NCBI GenBank assembly: GCA_951406725.2
Contig: OX597824.1
Location: 43,958,001 to 44,022,000, forward strand
DNA length: 64,000 bases
Direction: 5' to 3'
DNA from: Octopus vulgaris
Lineage: Eukaryota
A model generated the notes under the pieces. That model was not told the origin of the DNA and ran no database searches. It saw only the letters and a list, made by a program, of their open reading frames with translations. The position numbers were made by a program, and so were the translations under genes. Of this stretch, positions 60,701 through 64,000 are shown piece by piece; the stretch's first letter is position 1; the number at the start of each line of letters is the position of its first letter.

Positions 60701-62959
60701 TTTTAAACAATTTTCTTTTTCTTATGTGAAAAGAAAGAGAAAAATTAACCAAAGAAAACGTATTGAGTTAGAAGACAGTTTTTTTTAAAATAAATATCTT
60801 TTGTGCATCTAGAGTAGAACCATTACAATTGCTCAAAATTAGCAGGACTATGCTCTGACTTCTCCAAGAGATAATAAAAGGAAAAGGCATGAAACAACAA
60901 TGTTCAAAGGGAAGTATCTCCTAGAGTTATTTGAAACTTCATTAAGGTAAATAAATTATGAGGTGACAACTAAATATAATTTTAGATTTTAATGAATATT
61001 GCCATTGATTGCATTCAGAAAGAGATCCATGTACACACCCATTAAATAGAAACCAAGAAAATTCAGCAAGGTAGATTACTTCTTGGTATATTCATATTTT
61101 ATTAGATAACACTGACTTCTTTCAGATATGAAGGCTTGTATAATTCTAAGAGGTAATTATGTACTTCAACAGTCAAAAGAAAATTAGTCACTTGAAATAA
61201 AAGATTTGAAAGGAAGGGAGAAGAAATTGCATAGGTTTAATAAATGGCTCTAAACATGTATCTTTTTAAAAAAAAAATTCTAAGTTTTAATTTCTTTGAA
61301 TGTAGGCTAAAATAAGAATAGAATGTGAGAAGTATTAAGAAGACAGGACAATGACTTAGGACATGATTAAAACAAACACTGACATAGAAACAAAAATAAT
61401 TAAGAAGTGGGGAGGAGGGGACTGATGCAAGAATGCAAATAAATAATTTTTCCTAATTACCACCTTCTTTTATTCATTCTGCAGAGATGAAAGAAAGTCA
61501 ACACTGGAATATTTGAGTCAGCAATACTACAAACACTATAAATCTATTTTTCGGCTCTATCATCCAAGTAAAGAGTTGCATATACTGATGATACAGCAAA
61601 TCAAGTCATGGCAGGGAAATAGGTGATATTCTTTTCAATTGAAATATTGAAGGAAAAAAAAATTTACAATAAAATGTATGAGTTACTGAATAACAAGAAT
61701 ATTTTTTGTTTTTAAAAAGCATATCTACATTTTGTCAGTTTGGTTATTATTAATATCCTAATTGTATATTTGAATCATTTACTATAATAAACCTACTAAA
61801 TCAAATCTATAAATTTCCATGAGGTGAAAGGCAAAGTTGACCATGACAGTCAACTTTGAACTTGATCACAAAGGGATTTGGTTAGGTAATATTTGTAAGG
61901 CATATTTGAGTAGATTACTGTTCTACTGCCTTGGCCATTTGCACCACTGCCATAATAATAATAAAGTCAAAGGTAACTTTTAGGATTGATGATATAGGAA
62001 GTTATGAAGCTTTTCCCAAGACCATTAGTGATGCAAGTAGTTTCAAATTAGGTATCAAAACCAAGTTGGAGATTTGGTTTAGAGATCGATAGCTTGTTGC
62101 TGCAAAGAAGGCTACCATCAGAGTAATTTCTTATGATGGAGTGTAATACCAAATTTTCATGACAGAAGAGTGAATAAGGATATATTAAAATCTTTCATAT
62201 AGGCATTAGCATTCCAACCTGAAGAATGACTGTTTACCAAGAGTATATAGTTGCACCACGAATCCACCACAAATTTTCGTTACGTATGAAATGTTAGAGG
62301 TTAAGAGAGAACTGGAAAACTCATTTATTTCCAAGACTCTTTAATAGCATGCCAAACAGGCAGCTCAATTCATCAAGAGCTTCCAACTGCATCTCAGTTT
62401 CCACACCACTAGCAAAATACTTTGTATTCTGCGTTCAAATCCCACAGAAGCCAACTTAAGTTTTTATCCTTTCAGGACCAGTAAAATAAGCACTGACTTA
62501 ATCAACTACACTCCTCACAAAATTTTGTGGTTATGTGCCTATGTAGAAATCATTATTCTTGAGTGGAGACAATGTCAAATAAAAGGAAAGGATAGTGTTA
62601 CTGGTACTATTTTCTCAACCAAAGGTTAAATCAATTCTGGAGAAACTATCTCAGGAAAGTGTTTAAATATTTATAAAGCATCCAATCTTGCTCTCACGGT
62701 CTTGTCTTCCTCCATCACTGTGATTACAATAATGATTTATATAGGCATGAAGCATCAAATTTACACTAATAGAGAAATAAGGAATTGTAGTGATTATGTT
62801 ATTCCAAAGAACATTAGTAGAAGTTAAAGCAGTTTATGGACATGGTTTGCCAGAGCTTAACATATCACTGCACTCTTATAATAAGGCTTTGATACTCAAT
62901 GAAATGCTGCGATAAAAAAATATTCATGTCTCGCCTTTATAATACAGCTCATTCAACAA

Positions 62960-63270
62960 CATTTTACTTTACAACCACGCAGCCTCCCTGCAAACTCTAG
63001 GACAACAGTGAACCTGACAGCATCTTTATTATGGAAGCAAGCAACTTGCCAACATTTACCACAGCAGCAGACAGCTTCCCTGCAACTTTACCATAGCAAA
63101 CAGGCATCTTGTCAGCAATATTATTGAGACAACAAACATTGACAGTAATATTGCTTATGAAAGCAAAAGTCTTGCCAGCAATTTCACCATGGCAAAATAC
63201 AGTATACTAGCAGTCCCTTATGAAAAATAAAGCAATTAGTATTACTGCCTCTCTGGAAGCAACTCCATAT
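62960..63270. repeat. Degenerate ~35-bp minisatellite
   Basis: Variants of cttgccagcaactttaccatagcagcaaacag recur. Confidence 0.55.
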
Positions 63271-63673
63271 CACCTGAATGCACCACAGCTGTACAAGCAG
63301 CAACAAACAGCAATAAAAAATGGAAGATGTGTACCAGTTTGGTGAAAGATCTATACAGCAGTAAGAAAAGTAAAAAATTCTATTTTAGTAGAAAAATAAT
63401 AACCTAGAGCCCCCTCCTCCAAAATATGAGAAAGCTGAACAAGAAAATATTTTTTTATAGTAGAAAAAGGCTAGGGGTTTGGGCTAGAAGTCTGGTTTCA
63501 GAGAATGATACAGAATAAAACAAAATTAGAATTTTTTAAAAAATCTAAGTAAAATAAATTAATTTTAAATGTGTGTGTGTATATGTATGTATGTATACAC
63601 ACATATATTACATAAAATAATTAAGCTCTAAGGTAATTTAAAGGAATTGTCTCAAGAACACTTGTCAAAATAG

Positions 63674-63716
<43 letters not shown>

Positions 63717-64000
63717 TGTAGTATCAAGATAAATTAACATAAGCAATATAATTTCTTAAAAATAAACTTGCTGCAGGTGATATTTAGAGAAATAAGCTCT
63801 TTTTTTTCCTTTTTATTTTTTAAACCTGGAGTGTGCACTTAAGGCCAAATTAGCCTCAATACCAAACCAATTGTTGGGACCTTATCTATATTACCTTCAC
63901 AAATGCTCAATTCCTTTCCCAAAAGAAGCTGGTTTTATAATTTTACTTTCATCACATTTGGTTTCAAGTTTGAAATCAATAGCTAAGCACTGATTAGTTT

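Noticed and set aside
57800-64000. A possible further gene downstream of MOCS3
   Set aside because: No ORF with recognisable homology or convincing exon; short exons or a UTR cannot be excluded by eye

Overview
AT-rich, repeat-dense animal genomic DNA. It is probably from an octopus or related coleoid cephalopod, inferred only from the SINE/LINE/mariner repertoire. Two + strand spliced genes are present. The first is the last three coding exons of a ZNF830 (CCDC16) orthologue (2103-11382). The second is a complete 12-exon MOCS3/UBA4 gene (22446-57672), which I assembled by hand to 1347 nt (448 aa + stop). Three of the 11 MOCS3 introns are U12-type (GTATCCTT donors plus CCTTAAC branch points), and one appears to end in TG rather than AG. 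The MOCS3 introns also contain: (i) an LTR-bounded Ty3/gypsy remnant carrying an intronless antisense SMURF (C2+WW) fragment; (ii) two sense-strand minimal type I hammerhead ribozyme motifs, one in a tRNA-headed Penelope-associated repeat; (iii) a SINE whose centre is replaced by the 18S rRNA 5' end. The remainder is decayed RTE, CR1/L2-like, Tx1-like, CRE-like, Penelope, Tc1/mariner, piggyBac-like MITE and SINE sequence. Exon coordinates were read base by base. Repeat boundaries are approximate. All homology calls are from recalled motifs, not database searches.
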